This document shows positions 12,869 through 25,042 of a DNA stretch of 64,000 bases, one piece after another. The notes under the pieces were generated by a model that saw only the letters and a list, made by a program, of their open reading frames with translations, did no database searches and was not told where the DNA came from. Position numbers and translations under genes: made by a program. The stretch comes from Eledone cirrhosa (Eukaryota). The stretch spans positions 221,774,001 to 221,838,000 of the forward strand of contig OZ024742.1 of the NCBI GenBank assembly GCA_964016885.1. Reading direction: 5' to 3'. Each line of letters begins with the position of its first letter. Positions within the stretch are counted from its first letter, which is position 1.

Positions 12869-13355
12869 TTGCGAGGTTTTTGATATGAAATTGTGTGTCG
12901 AAACAAATATTGTTATACTTGGGGAGGGTCATATTGTTGTAATAATATTGCCAGAAATAATAACAGAACACACTCACTGTTTGGTTGGTTTTCGCTTCTG
13001 AATCTTTTATATCTCCATAGTTAATTCATTCGGCAATCAATGTTAATTTTTATTTTCAAAATATAAATGGCGTAGATACTACAATACATACAATACAGTA
13101 GGGGAAACATGATAATAGTACCATTGATGATGTTGCAGATGTGCAACGAAAGAACTTTGTTAGACTATATATATGTATTTATATCTGTAATTTTGACCGT
13201 TGGTCAGTGAGTGATAAACATTGATGGCCAAATGAATTAACTATGGAGATATAAAAGATGCAGAAGCGAAAACCAACCAAACAGTGAGTGTGTTCTGTTA
13301 TTATTTCTGGCAATATTATTACAACAATATGACCCTCCCCAAGTATAACAATATA
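12862..13355 (+). mobile_element. Solo Penelope pLTR with inverted arm
   Basis: 12907-13045 is the reverse complement of 13217-13355; end motif ATGACCCTCCCCAAGTATAACAATAT matches the pLTR at ~33610; hammerhead homolog in the spacer. Confidence 0.75.
13121..13162 (+). ncRNA. Hammerhead ribozyme homolog, C3U variant
   Basis: UUGAUGA-U-GUUGCA-GAUG-UGCAAC-GAAA-GAA-CUU; same layout as 33437 with a different but paired stem II. Confidence 0.55.
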
Positions 13356-13671
13356 TATCATCATTTTATCATTTTACGTCCGCTCTTCCCTGCTTGCAAG
13401 TAAGCCGAGTTAACTTTAAGACCTTTTTCTAGGTCATACTTCCAAGTTTGGAATTTCTTCTCTAATTCAACCAAGGGTTAGGTCATCTGCATACATGAGT
13501 CCCCATGGGCAGCCAGTCTTAAACTCCTCTTATATAGCCTGCAGGACAATAATAAGTAGGAGACAGTCACTCGACCAACCTTGCCTCAAGTGGCACAACT
13601 CCCGTCTAACCCATGCTAGCATGGAAGATCGACGTTAAACAATGATGATGATATATATGTATATATGTATG

Positions 13672-14148
13672 TATATGTATGTGAATTTCGTATATCTAAA
13701 GACATACGGTATGTTTAATAAATAAACATTTTGAAAGCTCAGCTATGAATAGAAGGCTGATGGCCAGCACCGTCTAGCAGATTCCAGCAGAAGCAGCAGA
13801 GGATAATTCTCTATACATTTCGAACACTGGTTCTCATCAAGACAATGCTTCCTCTTCCTGACTGCTGGAATTTGAGACAGGCAAAAATATATAGTTTTTT
13901 GCCTGTGTAGGTGGGCTGATTAGCCTCATTTGCATACAATGCTGTATAAGTTGGCTCAACTTCTATTCATAGCATGAGATTTCAAAATGTTTATTTATTA
14001 AACATAACATATATCCTTAGATATACGAAATTCACATACATGTATGTATACTGCTATGCCAAAGCTAAATTTTATTTCTACCTTTAAGTTGAGCTATTAT
14101 GGTAACACAAAACCAGAATATTGTATTTCGAATCTAACTTTCTGTTAT
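13672..14148. mobile_element. PLE pLTR-like fold-back element
   Basis: ~85-bp inverted arms at 13672-13760 and 13956-14045; minus-strand hammerhead-like UUGAUGA-GAAC-CAGU-GUUC-GAAAU-GUA at 13809-13843; flanked by TA-rich tracts. Confidence 0.6.
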
Positions 14149-14559
14149 ATATATATATGACCAGTTCTATCCAGTGGTGAACTACCAAACTTGGGGAATC
14201 GGGTCTTCTGTATTACTGCGTGACGCCAGAGGTCACGGCCCTGTGTCATCGCCTTTGAGAGGTGCAATTGGGTAAGGTTGGCTTTTATCACCTCATCCCA
14301 GGTCTTCTCGGGTCTCCCCACTCCGCGGCTTCCATCGACTTCTAGTGCTCTGCACCTATATATAAATCATCATTTCATTTTACGTCCACTTTTCCCTGCT
14401 TGCAAGGGTGGGACGGGAACTGATTCTGGCTTGATTTCTACAGCTGGATGCTCTTCCTAACACCAACCTCATTTACAGTGAGTGCTGGGTGCTTTTTTGC
14501 CGTGGCACCTCCACGACCACTTTGCAGTGGAACGATAGGGACCCCAGTCCCTATCATCT

Positions 14560-14700
14560 CATTTCTACAGCTGAGTAAACTGGAGCAATGTGAAATAAAG
14601 TGTCTTGCTCAAGGAAACAACACATCACCCGGTCTGAGAATTGAACTCACAACCTTTTGATTGCAAGGCCAATGCTCTAACCACTAAGCCATGTGCCTCC
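14560..14700 (-). mobile_element. CORE-type tRNA-derived SINE
   Basis: Minus strand reads GGCTTAGTGG (A box), GAGTTCAATTCTC (B box), TTTCCTTGAGCAAGACACTTT (CORE-like). Confidence 0.7.
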
Positions 14701-15287
14701 TATATATATATATACTGAAGTAAAAGTTAAGTGGAAATATCCAACAATAAGAGCACTCAGTCTATAGGACGAGTTCAGTATAAATAATTACAACAGCGAC
14801 ATGAACAGGTACTCAAGTTTCGTTGGGTTCTGGGCCCCAATTCATTCAGCCTGTCATGAGAAAAATAAAAACAATGATTTTTCTCACAACAGGCTGAATG
14901 AATTAGGGCCCAGAACCCAACGAAATTTGAGTACCTGTTTATGTCACTGTTGTAGTTATATATATATATGTATATAACACTGTCAATTGCCTTAACTTGA
15001 ATGTAAAGAAATCTACACCAATCCAATGCTATCCACGAACTCAAGCATATACTAACCATAAATGTATATTCAACTCCACTCACCGGCACAATGACACACA
15101 AGACAAAGTAAAATTAACCCATATCCCAACCCCCCATGGCAACATAACAACCAACCAACATCAATTTCTACATTACACATACATACACACACGCACTCTC
15201 TCTCTTCTCTCTTTCTCTCTCTATCACTGTATATATATATATACCCCCTTGTTCTTGCTTTCTTCTTATTCTCATTCCATTTTTGAG

Positions 15288-15383
<96 letters not shown>

Positions 15384-15454
15384 TATATATATTTATATAT
15401 ATTTACATACATACATATATATATATATATACATACATATATATATATAAATGT

Positions 15455-16155
15455 TTATTCATCATCATTACCACTACCACTGCCACCACCACTATCACCA
15501 CCACTACCACCACCATCACCACTACCACCACCACTACCACTACCACTGCTACTTCTACTACCACCACCACTACCACCACCACCATCACCACCACCACCAC
15601 CTCTATCACCTGGGTGGTTGGTGTGCAGCGAAGGACATCTTGTTTTTAACAACTACAAAAACAATATTCCACTCAGCTGCACAAAGATGCCTTTCATCTT
15701 TTATCTTTCATTTCATCATAACCTAATATCGCAGCTGACATCACATACCTGGAGATGAATAAAAGCAACTAGCCAACCAGCCAGCCGGCCAGCCAACCAA
15801 CCAAACACTCAACCAACCAGCCAACCAACCAGCCAACCAGCCAACCAGCCAACCAGCCAACCAAACATTCAACAAACAATCCAACAAACTAAACAGCAAG
15901 CCAGCCAACTAGCCAGCTTACCAACCAGCCAACTAAACAGCCAACAGACCAGCCAACAAACCAGCCAGTCAACCAACCAACCAACAAACCAGCCAGCTAA
16001 CCAATCATTCAGTCATCCAACCAAGTGACAAACTGCCCAACCAACCAACAAATCACTCAACCAGCCAGCCAACCAATCAGCTCACCAGCCATCTAAACAG
16101 AAAGCCAAGCAGCCAGCCAACCAGCCCATCAACCAGCCAACTAATCAATCAACCT
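15455..16155. repeat. (CAC/CAT)n tract followed by degenerate (AACC/AGCC)n tract
   Basis: Direct inspection: 15455-15600 and 15766-16155. Confidence 0.9.
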
Positions 16156-16325
16156 TTTCCCTGAATCACTGTGTATTAGTGTTCTGCCATTATTAATTAA
16201 TCCTTTTGATACCAAACCACCAGAAACCACCATGGTTTTATGATAAAAGACTGTCTTGAAATATTTTTATTTAATTAAAATCATTTTGAAAATAGTCAAG
16301 TGTCTTTCATTGGAAATATAATAAT

Positions 16326-16513
16326 AGTTTCTACTTTTGGCACAAGGCCAGCAATTACCCCAGTGCATTACTGGTACTTTATTTTATCGACCCCATAAGG
16401 ATGAAAGGCAAAGTTAACCTCGGCGGGATTTGAACTCAGAATGGCAAAGGCCATAACTCTATGCGTCAAAGCATGGCGTCTAACCCTCTACTGATACTGC
16501 CAATCCATCGCCC
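16326..16513 (-). mobile_element. Full-length tRNA-derived SINE with TSD
   Basis: Reverse complement of 38170-38352; TSD TTGGAAATATAATAAT at 16310-16325 and 16514-16529. Confidence 0.88.
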
Positions 16514-16689
16514 TTGGAAATATAATAATGAATTCTGTTATAGGCACAAGGCCAACAATTTGTGGGGAGAGGAAAGCCATTCCTGGTACTTTATTTTATC
16601 GACCCCGTAAGGATGAAAGGCAAAGCTAACCTCGGTGGGATTTGAACTCAGAACATAAAGAGCTGTAACAATATGCTGCTAAGCATGTT

Positions 16690-17560
16690 GGTCTTCCTCT
16701 TCCATAGTTTCCATCAACTTCGAGCGTCCTGCACATTTTTATACAGTTGTCATCCTCCATACGTATCACATGTCCATATAACTGCAATCTTCTCTCTTTC
16801 ACATGCATCTGAATCCTCTTATGCCCAGTTTCTCTTTCAGTTCATTGATGCTTCGCTGTTCATGCACACTACTATTACACATCCACTGGAGCATGCAAGC
16901 TTCATTTCTTTCCAATCTTCATAGGTCCTCTACACATAGTGCCAAGGTCTCATCTCACTTCCATGCAGCATTGCTGTTCATACACAAGTGTCATACAATT
17001 TGCCCTTCATTTTGAGAAAAAAAGCTTTGTAGCTAGCAGCGGTAGTAGCTCCCTGAATTTTTTCCATTCTATTCTCACTCTGACTTTCAGAACACCCACT
17101 TTTATTGCTAATTTGGTTATTCAGGTAACAGAAGCTATAACTACTACGGAGCCCTCTAAGCATTTAATAGAGCTTGTTTCCTGTGAGCTCCTGTGCTTTG
17201 ACTACATATCAAATCTATGCTTTTTTTCTAGCCTGCCTGAGATCCCACTACATATCTTGTGTGCCCATAGTTTGCATTTGGGAGATAGGGTGTTATTTCT
17301 ACCTACTCCTTTCCTGCTTACTGAGCAAGGCCATTTATGTGAAGGAATCTAGACCCTGTTTTCCTTTCTACATACTAGGACTTCAGTCTTTCCCAAGTTG
17401 ACTTTAAGACCTTTTGCTTCCAAGCTATGCTTCCAGGTCTGGAATTTCTTCTCTAATTCTGCCATAGATTCAATTATGAGGGCTAAATCAGCAGCATATA
17501 AGAATTTCCATGGATAGCCATTCTTGAACTCTTCCATTATAGCCTGCAGGATGATAATCT
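16690..17560 (-). mobile_element. Old RTE LINE C-terminal fragment
   Basis: IIILQAIMEEFKNGYPWKFLYAADL and ERRLQLYGHVIRMEDD..GRGRP. Confidence 0.85.
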
Positions 17561-18325
17561 GAAAACCTTTCAACCTAATTATAGGTTTGAACCTTTTAAA
17601 GTTATGTTCCAAACACCAAGTATATAATGAAAAAGTTAGTTATATTACTAAACCCCTCGAAATTATTGATTATTTTCAAAATTATTTGAAAATTACAGAC
17701 CATATCTTTCATTGGAAACATGGTAATGAATGAGTTAAAATTATCTTATACAAATTCCATTTGCAAAAACATACTTTCACTAGTTTCTTTAGATTCCAGT
17801 TTTTCTTCTTTTTCCTTATATGTTCCAGGAGTTGTTTTTGTTTTTTGTTTTTTTCTATCACTACCATTTTGCAACAGTATTTAATAACTGATGGTTTTAA
17901 GTGGTTAAGGAGTAACTGAACAGAAAGTACCGGAACCTAATGTTTACTAGATATATATTATAAGGTAAAGTGATATTCTCTCTAATATAGTTCAACTGAA
18001 TGACACTTCCACCACCGTCACCAACATCTGCTAAGACCTACTGCTGGGAAGATCTAAGGAATATATATATAAAGGTACAAATTTCAACCAACCTTAGCTA
18101 CAGCAATATTTACTCAACATATTTTCTCACACTTTTCTTTCATCCTCACTCAATATGATACTTTTGTAACATACCACATTTCATACTTGGTTTCTATATT
18201 AAATTCATGTTTTATATAAAGACCTTACTAGGAAACTAACTAATCATTAAGAAATACGTCATTGTTGTTAAGCGAAGGTTGCTAAAAAATGAAACAGGCA
18301 TGCTCCATTGGATGTGTGATATTAT

Positions 18326-21300
18326 TCATCATCATCATCATCATCAACGTTTAACGTCCGTGTTCCACGCTTGCATGGGTTTGGACGGGGGTAGTCCCAC
18401 TTGAGGCAAGAGTGATTGTCTTGCTCGCATAGGACTGTCTGGCAGGTTTTCTACAGTTGGATGCCCTTCCTAACACCAACCACATTTACAGTGTGGGTCT
18501 GGGAGGTTTTTACCGTGTTGCCTACACGGCCACATTACAGCGTGGACTGTGTGTTTTTTTGTCGTGACACCTACACGATCTCATTTGTTTCGGCCTGGAT
18601 GGCGCGGCACCAACATAACTTTACATAGAACGGGGTGGTGTGGATGGGGTGGGGGTGGTGGCGGGACGGGGTGTAGTTTGTTAGAGATGTCTACTGGCAA
18701 GGCGGGTCTTCTCTGTTACTGAGTACCGCCAAAGGTCACGGTCCAGTGACATTGTCTTGGAGAGGTGTAAGTGTGTGAGGTCGGAGTTTATCAGCTCATC
18801 CCATGTTTTTCTAGGTCTGCCTATTCCGTGGCTACCGTCTATCTTTATTGCCCTGCACTTTGTAATACAGCTATCGACTTTCATGCGCATCACGTGTCCA
18901 TACCAACGCAGCCTTCTCTCGAGTAAACAACATCTGATCCCTCTTATCTCTAATTTTTTCCTTAGTTCGTTTATGCTTTGCCGTTCACGTATATTACTGT
19001 TACACATCCAGCGGAGCATGCAAGCTTCGTTCCTCTCTAGTCTGCGTATATCCTCTGCACACAATGCCCAGGTCTCACTACCATGCAACATTGCTGTTCG
19101 TATGCAGGCATCGTACAACCTGCCTTTCATTTTTAGGGAGAACCCTTTAGCAGCTAATAGTGGTATAAGCTCTCTGAACTTTTTCCAACCAGTTCTGACT
19201 CTAGCTACAGTACTTTCAGAGCACCCTCCCCCACTGCTTATTTTATCGCCCAGGTAACGGAAGCTGTCCACTATTTCTATAGAACCCTCTGCGCAATTGA
19301 AAGAGCTAGTATTTTGTGGGCACTTGCTGCTACTTATTGCACCAGAACACCGGCCACATGTAAAGTCTATGTTCTTAGTTAGCTTACCTGTGATCCCACT
19401 ACATCTTTTATGCACCCATACTTTGCATTTAGGACATAAGATGGAGTTTCTACCTACGCCTTTCCTACATACCGAGCACGACCATTTCCCAGAAGGGACC
19501 GCCGCCTTGTTTTCTTTCCTACAAACTAGAACTTTGGTCTTAGCCAGGTTAATTTTAAGTCCTTTTGACTCTAGGCCGTGCTTCCATGTTTGGAATTTCT
19601 TCTCTAGCTCGGCCATTGATTCCGCTATGAGTGTCAGGTCGTCTGCGTGTAGGAGTTCCCATGGGCAGCCTGTCTTGAACTCCTCTGTTATAGCCTGAAG
19701 GGCAATAATAAATAGTAGGGGGCTGAGAACAGAGCCCTGATGGACGCCAACTTTTACGCTAAACTCTTCACTATATTCGTTGTTAATTCTAACCTTGCTG
19801 ACTGTTTCTTTATACATGGCTTGTATAGCCCTCACAAGCCATTCGTCAACGCCTAGTTTTCTAAGAGCCCACCAGATAATGGAGCGGGGGACTCTGTCGA
19901 AGGCTTTCTCCAGGTCGACAAAAGCTAAGTAGAGGGGTTTACCTTTAGCTAGGTACTTCTCCTGTAGTTGTCGTACTATGAAAAGAGCGTCTGTGGTGCT
20001 TTTGCCTGACACAAACCCGAACTGCATTTCATCTAGATCAATTCTCTCTCTGATTAGTTGCGCTATTACTTTTTCCGTGACCTTCATGACCTGGTCGATT
20101 AATTTAATGCCTCTATAGTTACTCCTATCTAGGGCGTCTCCTTTACCCTTATAACAGTTAACGATGATGCTGCTATGCCAGTCCTTCGGAACAACCCCAT
20201 TCTGTACGACTTGGTTAACTATGCGGGTGACCATGGTGTGTCCCACCGTGCCAGATGCCTTCAGCATCTCAGCAACTATTTCCGAAGGCCCAGCCGCCTT
20301 ACCAGTCTTCATATCCTTGATTGCCTTACTTATTATACTCCCCTCGACTAACACTGCTGGTCCCTCTATCGGGTCGATATGGGGGAGACTGTCTTTCTCC
20401 CATTTATTCTCCTCATTTAGTAGCCTTTCATAGTGACACTTCCAAGCTACCTTCTTATCAGTGTCGGTGATGGCAAGTATGCCATCATCGTTAAGTACAC
20501 ACTTCTCCCCGACAATATCACGGTTTTCCTTGACGCATTGCCTGGCAATCCTGAACACCTCACGTTTTTGGTCATCGCGTTGTAGAACATGCTTGAACTT
20601 TCTTTCCTCAGCTTCCCTTCTTGCTAAGTACACTTCTCTCCTAGCTTCCCTCCTGGCCACTTGATAGTCTACTCTACTTCCCCCATCCCGCCATACTTTC
20701 CAAGCCTGCTTTTTGGCCTTAATTGACCCCTCCACCCTATTGTTCCACCACCATGTTACTCTCCTCCTGCCTACAGGCCTGCTCCAGCCACAGACTTCGT
20801 CTGTCGCCAACAGCAGGTTTGCTTTCAGAAATTTCCACTGTCCCTCTATATTGTCCGATTCTAGATGCTCTTCCTTACTGTCGAAAGCATCAAGTAATAT
20901 GCTTTGAAATTTATTTCTGGCTGTGGGGTCCTTTAGTTTCCATATTTTCCTCCTGAGGATAGTCCTCTTCTGCTGTCGGGTACGTCTCGTCCTGACTATG
21001 AGGTCGCTAATTATCAGTCTATGTTGGGAGGTGCATTCTTCATGGGGGAGGGATTTAGTGTTTACAACAGACACTCTGTCACGTCTTCTGGTAAGGATAT
21101 AATCTACCTGGCTTGTGTGTTCCCCGGATCTATAGGTAATCAGGTGATTGTCACGTTTTTTGAAGTTAGTGTTACAGATAGTTAGGTTATTTGCATCACA
21201 GTATTCCAGGATTCTGGAGCCTTCCTCATTTCTAGTACCAAACCCATAGCCTCCATGGATTTCGTCGTAGCCGTCACAATGTTGTCCAACGTGACCATTT

Positions 21301-21868
21301 AGGTCGCCTGCAATAATTATATAGTCACTGTCAGATATTTGGGAGGTAGTTAGCAACAGTGTCTCATAGAATCTGTCTTTTATAGTGCCGGGCAGTCCGG
21401 ATTGGGGTGCGTACGCAGATATTACTGTCACCGTAGTTCTATTGAGGACAAGTCTTATTTTAATTATTCTGTCGTTCACTCTATTTACGTCTATTATCTT
21501 ATCTGCCCACTTTTCTGCTACCATGATTCCTACTCCACCCAGCCCATCGTCGTTTCCCACCCAGAAAAGCTTATAACATCGTTTTTTACCCTCAATGAAT
21601 CTAGCAGACCCACCCCTCCACCTGGTCTCTTGAATACAACAAACATCGATCTCCTTACGTTCAAGCATTTCTACAACCTCGTTAGCGCGACCCTTTAGGG
21701 TGCCTACATTTATGGTACCAACTCTGAAGTTTTGGGTTGCGTTTGGAGGGTGGGGGTGGTGGGGGGCGGGAGGAGATAGGGTTATGTTAGCCATCCGTGG
21801 ACGAAACAAAGAGGAGTGCTCGCATTCTCGTCCACGGATGAACTTATAGAAAAAACAAACCAACTAAA
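18326..21868 (-). mobile_element. Near full-length young RTE-clade LINE
   Basis: Single uninterrupted ORF, ~350-nt 3' UTR and (GAT)n tail ending at ~18327; no clear TSD. Confidence 0.95.
18681..21794 (-). CDS. RTE ORF: APE endonuclease plus reverse transcriptase with PHD-like Cys/His finger
   Basis: APE motifs GTINVGTL, QETRW, GDLNGHVG, SQVDYIL, SQHRL; RT motifs FVDLEKAFD, GVHQGSVLSP, HADD, YLG; ATG of MANIT at 21794; no stops. Confidence 0.93.
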   Translation of the reverse strand: MANITLSPPAPHHPHPPNATQNFRVGTINVGTLKGRANEVVEMLERKEIDVCCIQETRWRGGSARFIEGKKRCYKLFWVGNDDGLGGVGIMVAEKWADKIIDVNRVNDRIIKIRLVLNRTTVTVISAYAPQSGLPGTIKDRFYETLLLTTSQISDSDYIIIAGDLNGHVGQHCDGYDEIHGGYGFGTRNEEGSRILEYCDANNLTICNTNFKKRDNHLITYRSGEHTSQVDYILTRRRDRVSVVNTKSLPHEECTSQHRLIISDLIVRTRRTRQQKRTILRRKIWKLKDPTARNKFQSILLDAFDSKEEHLESDNIEGQWKFLKANLLLATDEVCGWSRPVGRRRVTWWWNNRVEGSIKAKKQAWKVWRDGGSRVDYQVARREARREVYLARREAEERKFKHVLQRDDQKREVFRIARQCVKENRDIVGEKCVLNDDGILAITDTDKKVAWKCHYERLLNEENKWEKDSLPHIDPIEGPAVLVEGSIISKAIKDMKTGKAAGPSEIVAEMLKASGTVGHTMVTRIVNQVVQNGVVPKDWHSSIIVNCYKGKGDALDRSNYRGIKLIDQVMKVTEKVIAQLIRERIDLDEMQFGFVSGKSTTDALFIVRQLQEKYLAKGKPLYLAFVDLEKAFDRVPRSIIWWALRKLGVDEWLVRAIQAMYKETVSKVRINNEYSEEFSVKVGVHQGSVLSPLLFIIALQAITEEFKTGCPWELLHADDLTLIAESMAELEKKFQTWKHGLESKGLKINLAKTKVLVCRKENKAAVPSGKWSCSVCRKGVGRNSILCPKCKVWVHKRCSGITGKLTKNIDFTCGRCSGAISSSKCPQNTSSFNCAEGSIEIVDSFRYLGDKISSGGGCSESTVARVRTGWKKFRELIPLLAAKGFSLKMKGRLYDACIRTAMLHGSETWALCAEDIRRLERNEACMLRWMCNSNIRERQSINELRKKLEIRGIRCCLLERRLRWYGHVMRMKVDSCITKCRAIKIDGSHGIGRPRKTWDELINSDLTHLHLSKTMSLDRDLWRYSVTEKTRLASRHL

Positions 21869-22121
21869 AACTAGATATAAGAGGAATTAGATGTAGTGTG
21901 CAGGAAAGATGACTGCACTTCTATGGATGTTGTAATTCCATACCAGTACAGTATTCTCTCTTGTGATGTGTATGGCTGACAATTGTTGAGTAAAAGAAGT
22001 GTCAATAGTTGCCAGTGGAAGTAAGATGCAGCAGATGAAGACTTGGATAGAAGTGGTGAGAACTGATCTCTAAACGTTGAACCTGACAATGGTCACAGGT
22101 TGTGCTGGAGAAGGTCTAACT

Positions 22122-22469
22122 CAGAGCTTCTCAAAGTGGGCGCTCCGCCCCCGGGGAAGGAGGGGGAGTGTGAGAAGGTCCAGGGGGCTGTTGGAGCCTA
22201 AGGGATAGTAGGGGGTCAGTAGAGATGATATGATATTTGATTAAATATCAAATGATATATATAAATATAGTAAAATAAAAAATGTATATTTATTTATACA
22301 TAGTATATATTATATTATTTATATATAAATTAACGATTTTATTTATTATATATTATTTATAATTTGTGTGTAGGCAGATCTCTCTGGAAATAGGGTTGGT
22401 GGGCACTGAGAGTATTGTATTACTTGGCCGTGAAGGGGGCGGTGGCCCCCAAAAGTTCGAGAACCTCTG
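22122..22469. mobile_element. hAT-type MITE
   Basis: TIRs CAGAGCTTCTCAAA / TTCGAGAACCTCTG; 8-bp TSD gtctaact / atctgact; a related right end lies at ~62735-62819. Confidence 0.75.
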
Positions 22470-22559
22470 ATCTGACTTATACAAGCATAAAAGAAGAAAA
22501 AAACGGATGTAAAATGACGACGACGGTGAATCGGAATAATCAGTAAAGCATCAAACAAA

Positions 22560-22975
22560 ATATATGGCTATATTTAGTTTCGGATCTTTAGATTCTGAGT
22601 TCGAATCACGCCGAGGTCAATTTTGCCTTTCATCATTCTAGGGTGGATAAAATAAAGTACCAGTCTAGTAATGGGTCAATATAATCGATTTGCCCCTCAT
22701 TCGCGGATTACTGGCCTTGAGCGTAAATTATAAATTATTATTACTGTGATCAGGGCGGTGAATTGGCAGAATCGGTTGATCGTCGGACAACATGCTTGGC
22801 TGCATAGAATTACGGCCCTTTACGTTCTAGGTTAAAATCCCATCGAGATTAGCTTTGCCTTTCATCCTTACGTGGTCAATAAATAAATCCCCAGTAATGC
22901 ATTAGGGTCGATTTAATCAACTTTCACCCTCTCCCTAAATTGCTAGCCTTGTGCCTATAGTAGAAAATCATTATT
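22560..22975 (+). mobile_element. Two tandem tRNA-derived SINE copies
   Basis: Each has a B-box-like motif plus TTTGCCTTTCATC; ATTATTACTGT flanks the second copy. Confidence 0.7.
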
Positions 22976-23117
22976 ACTGTTATCTGTTGTATTTATTTCT
23001 ATAACATTTTCTTGGCTCACCATGTTGACATATCTTGGACAAAATGCCATGTGGTATTTGTTTTAGTGCTTTCAGTTTTTAATTCGAATACTGCAGGAGT
23101 CAACTTAACCTTTAAAC

Positions 23118-23405
23118 CAGGCATGGGCAACCTTTTTCGAGAAGTGGACCGCATGAGATATGGCTCATCATCAGGCGGGCCGCAAGCGCTAATTTACATT
23201 CGTGCCTGCATTAAAATCAAAGGGCGGTAACTCAGGTTGTTTTGATTTGTTTCTTCAGAATTTGTACATGTTGTTTTCCTCAAAAAAATGATAGAAATAT
23301 AAATTACGACTGAAAAGTTGGGGTAAAAAAATCAGAAAGATTTCACTTAAGTGACTTAGGCGAGCCATTCAGAAAGCTTCGCGGGCCGCAGGTTACCCAT
23401 GACTG
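23118..23405. mobile_element. hAT-type MITE inserted in an old SINE
   Basis: TIRs CAGGCATGGGCAAC / GTTACCCATGACTG; 8-bp TSD ctttaaac / ctttaacc. Confidence 0.8.
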
Positions 23406-23976
23406 CTTTAACCTTTCATAGTTTGCGAGTATTTAAACCAATTCCTGGTTTGAAAATACATTCTACCATGACTTTGTGGACATAGCACAGCCGAATGGTT
23501 AAGAAGTTCGCTTCGCAATTGGTAGGTCCAGGCCCCAATCTCATTGTGTGGCATCTGAAGTAAATATTATTTACCATAGCTTCAGGTTCACCCACACCTA
23601 GTAGCGAAATTGGGAAGACGGAAATTGTTTGGAAGTCCACCGGATCAACTGTACTTGTAAATTAAAGAGCCAGCCATGTTACACACTGTATCATACTGAA
23701 TATATTTGTGCTCATCATAATTTTGCATTAATATACTGGTTGGATGCCCTCCCTATCAGCAGCACTACATTACAGCATGGATTGGGTCCTTTTATTCGTG
23801 CCACCAGCACTAGAGAGGTTTTACTGGATTCAGGGGCCCTCTGCAACCCATAAATTTGGAATGGTTTTAATGGCTGAATGCCACTTCCACTTTAAAAGCA
23901 CAAGTATCTATCGAGTGCTCAGCTACTTGCATTATAATACAAGATGGATTGTATCAGTGACTCAAAGGTCCAGCCC

Positions 23977-24061
23977 CAGTGCCAGATTTAGGACAAATGA
24001 TGCCCTATGCTAGTTAAGTTACGGGGCCCTGTGCTTAAGCACAGTGGCTAATCCGTCACTG
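23977..24061. mobile_element. 85-bp MITE
   Basis: TIRs CAGTGCCAGATT / AATCCGTCACTG; 8-bp TSD tccagccc / tccagtcc. Confidence 0.6.
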
Positions 24062-25042
24062 TCCAGTCCTATATTAGGTAGTGCAAAATCTCCCAGAGAA
24101 TTACGTTAAGGATACAACTGTCTTTGGAATACTCAACCACTTGTGCTATCATACAAGATGGACTACCAGTAATTCAAATGTCCAGCCCTCCCTGTCACAT
24201 TGTATCAGGCTGAATTTCTCACTGAGAATTATGTTAAGGATACTCGTGTAATGGTACGTTTGCATGGGGTTGATTGTGGGTGGTAGTTCTCACTGTAGTA
24301 GAAGAGTGCAGGATGATGATGATGTGTATATGTTGTAGATAATTGTGATAGGTAACCATTGTGTACATCTGTTGGAAAGCGAATGTGTTTTATCTGTGGG
24401 GAAAGTGATTTCCCCGATCACATTGCTAAGATTATGGAAGAAGAACGACTCCAATCCAGATAACAGAGAAAATGACAGCTAAGTGCCATCTGGGTGTCAG
24501 TGTGTGAAGAGATTTCGATAAACACGGGCCTATGGAATATCCAGTCATGCGTTAATTTCATGAGCAGCCAGTTCCGTTGATCTATGAACTGTAATACTCA
24601 TCATTGAAACTGATGGAGGTTCATTCCACTTCTGTTCACCAGTTTTGGAGGCCGTGTCAGGAGTCATGGGCGTTACCCTTTCCCTACCTGATTAAACAGT
24701 AATAAATAAATGAACTTAGTTATAGTGTTTCATCATATTGTCATGTGGTGGTGATGACAGTGTTAGTGGTGATGGTGCTATAGTTGTGGTGGTGATGTTA
24801 TTGTTGCTAGTGGCTGTGGTAGTAGTGGTGATAGTTGTGGTAGTGCTTGTGGCACAGGTGGTGATGGTAATGGTTGTGGAAGAGGCGATGAAGGATGTGG
24901 TAGCAGGAGTGGTGTTGGTGGTAGTGGTGGTGATGATGGTGTTGGTAATGGCTGTGGTAGTGATGGTGATGGTGGTGATAGATGTGGTGTTGGTAGTGGC
25001 TGAGTTAATGGTAGTGGTGGTGATGGTACTGGTGATGATCAT

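Noticed and set aside
21871-22089. 72-aa minus-strand ORF as a possible RTE ORF1
   Set aside because: It is the antisense reading of an old + strand RTE remnant.
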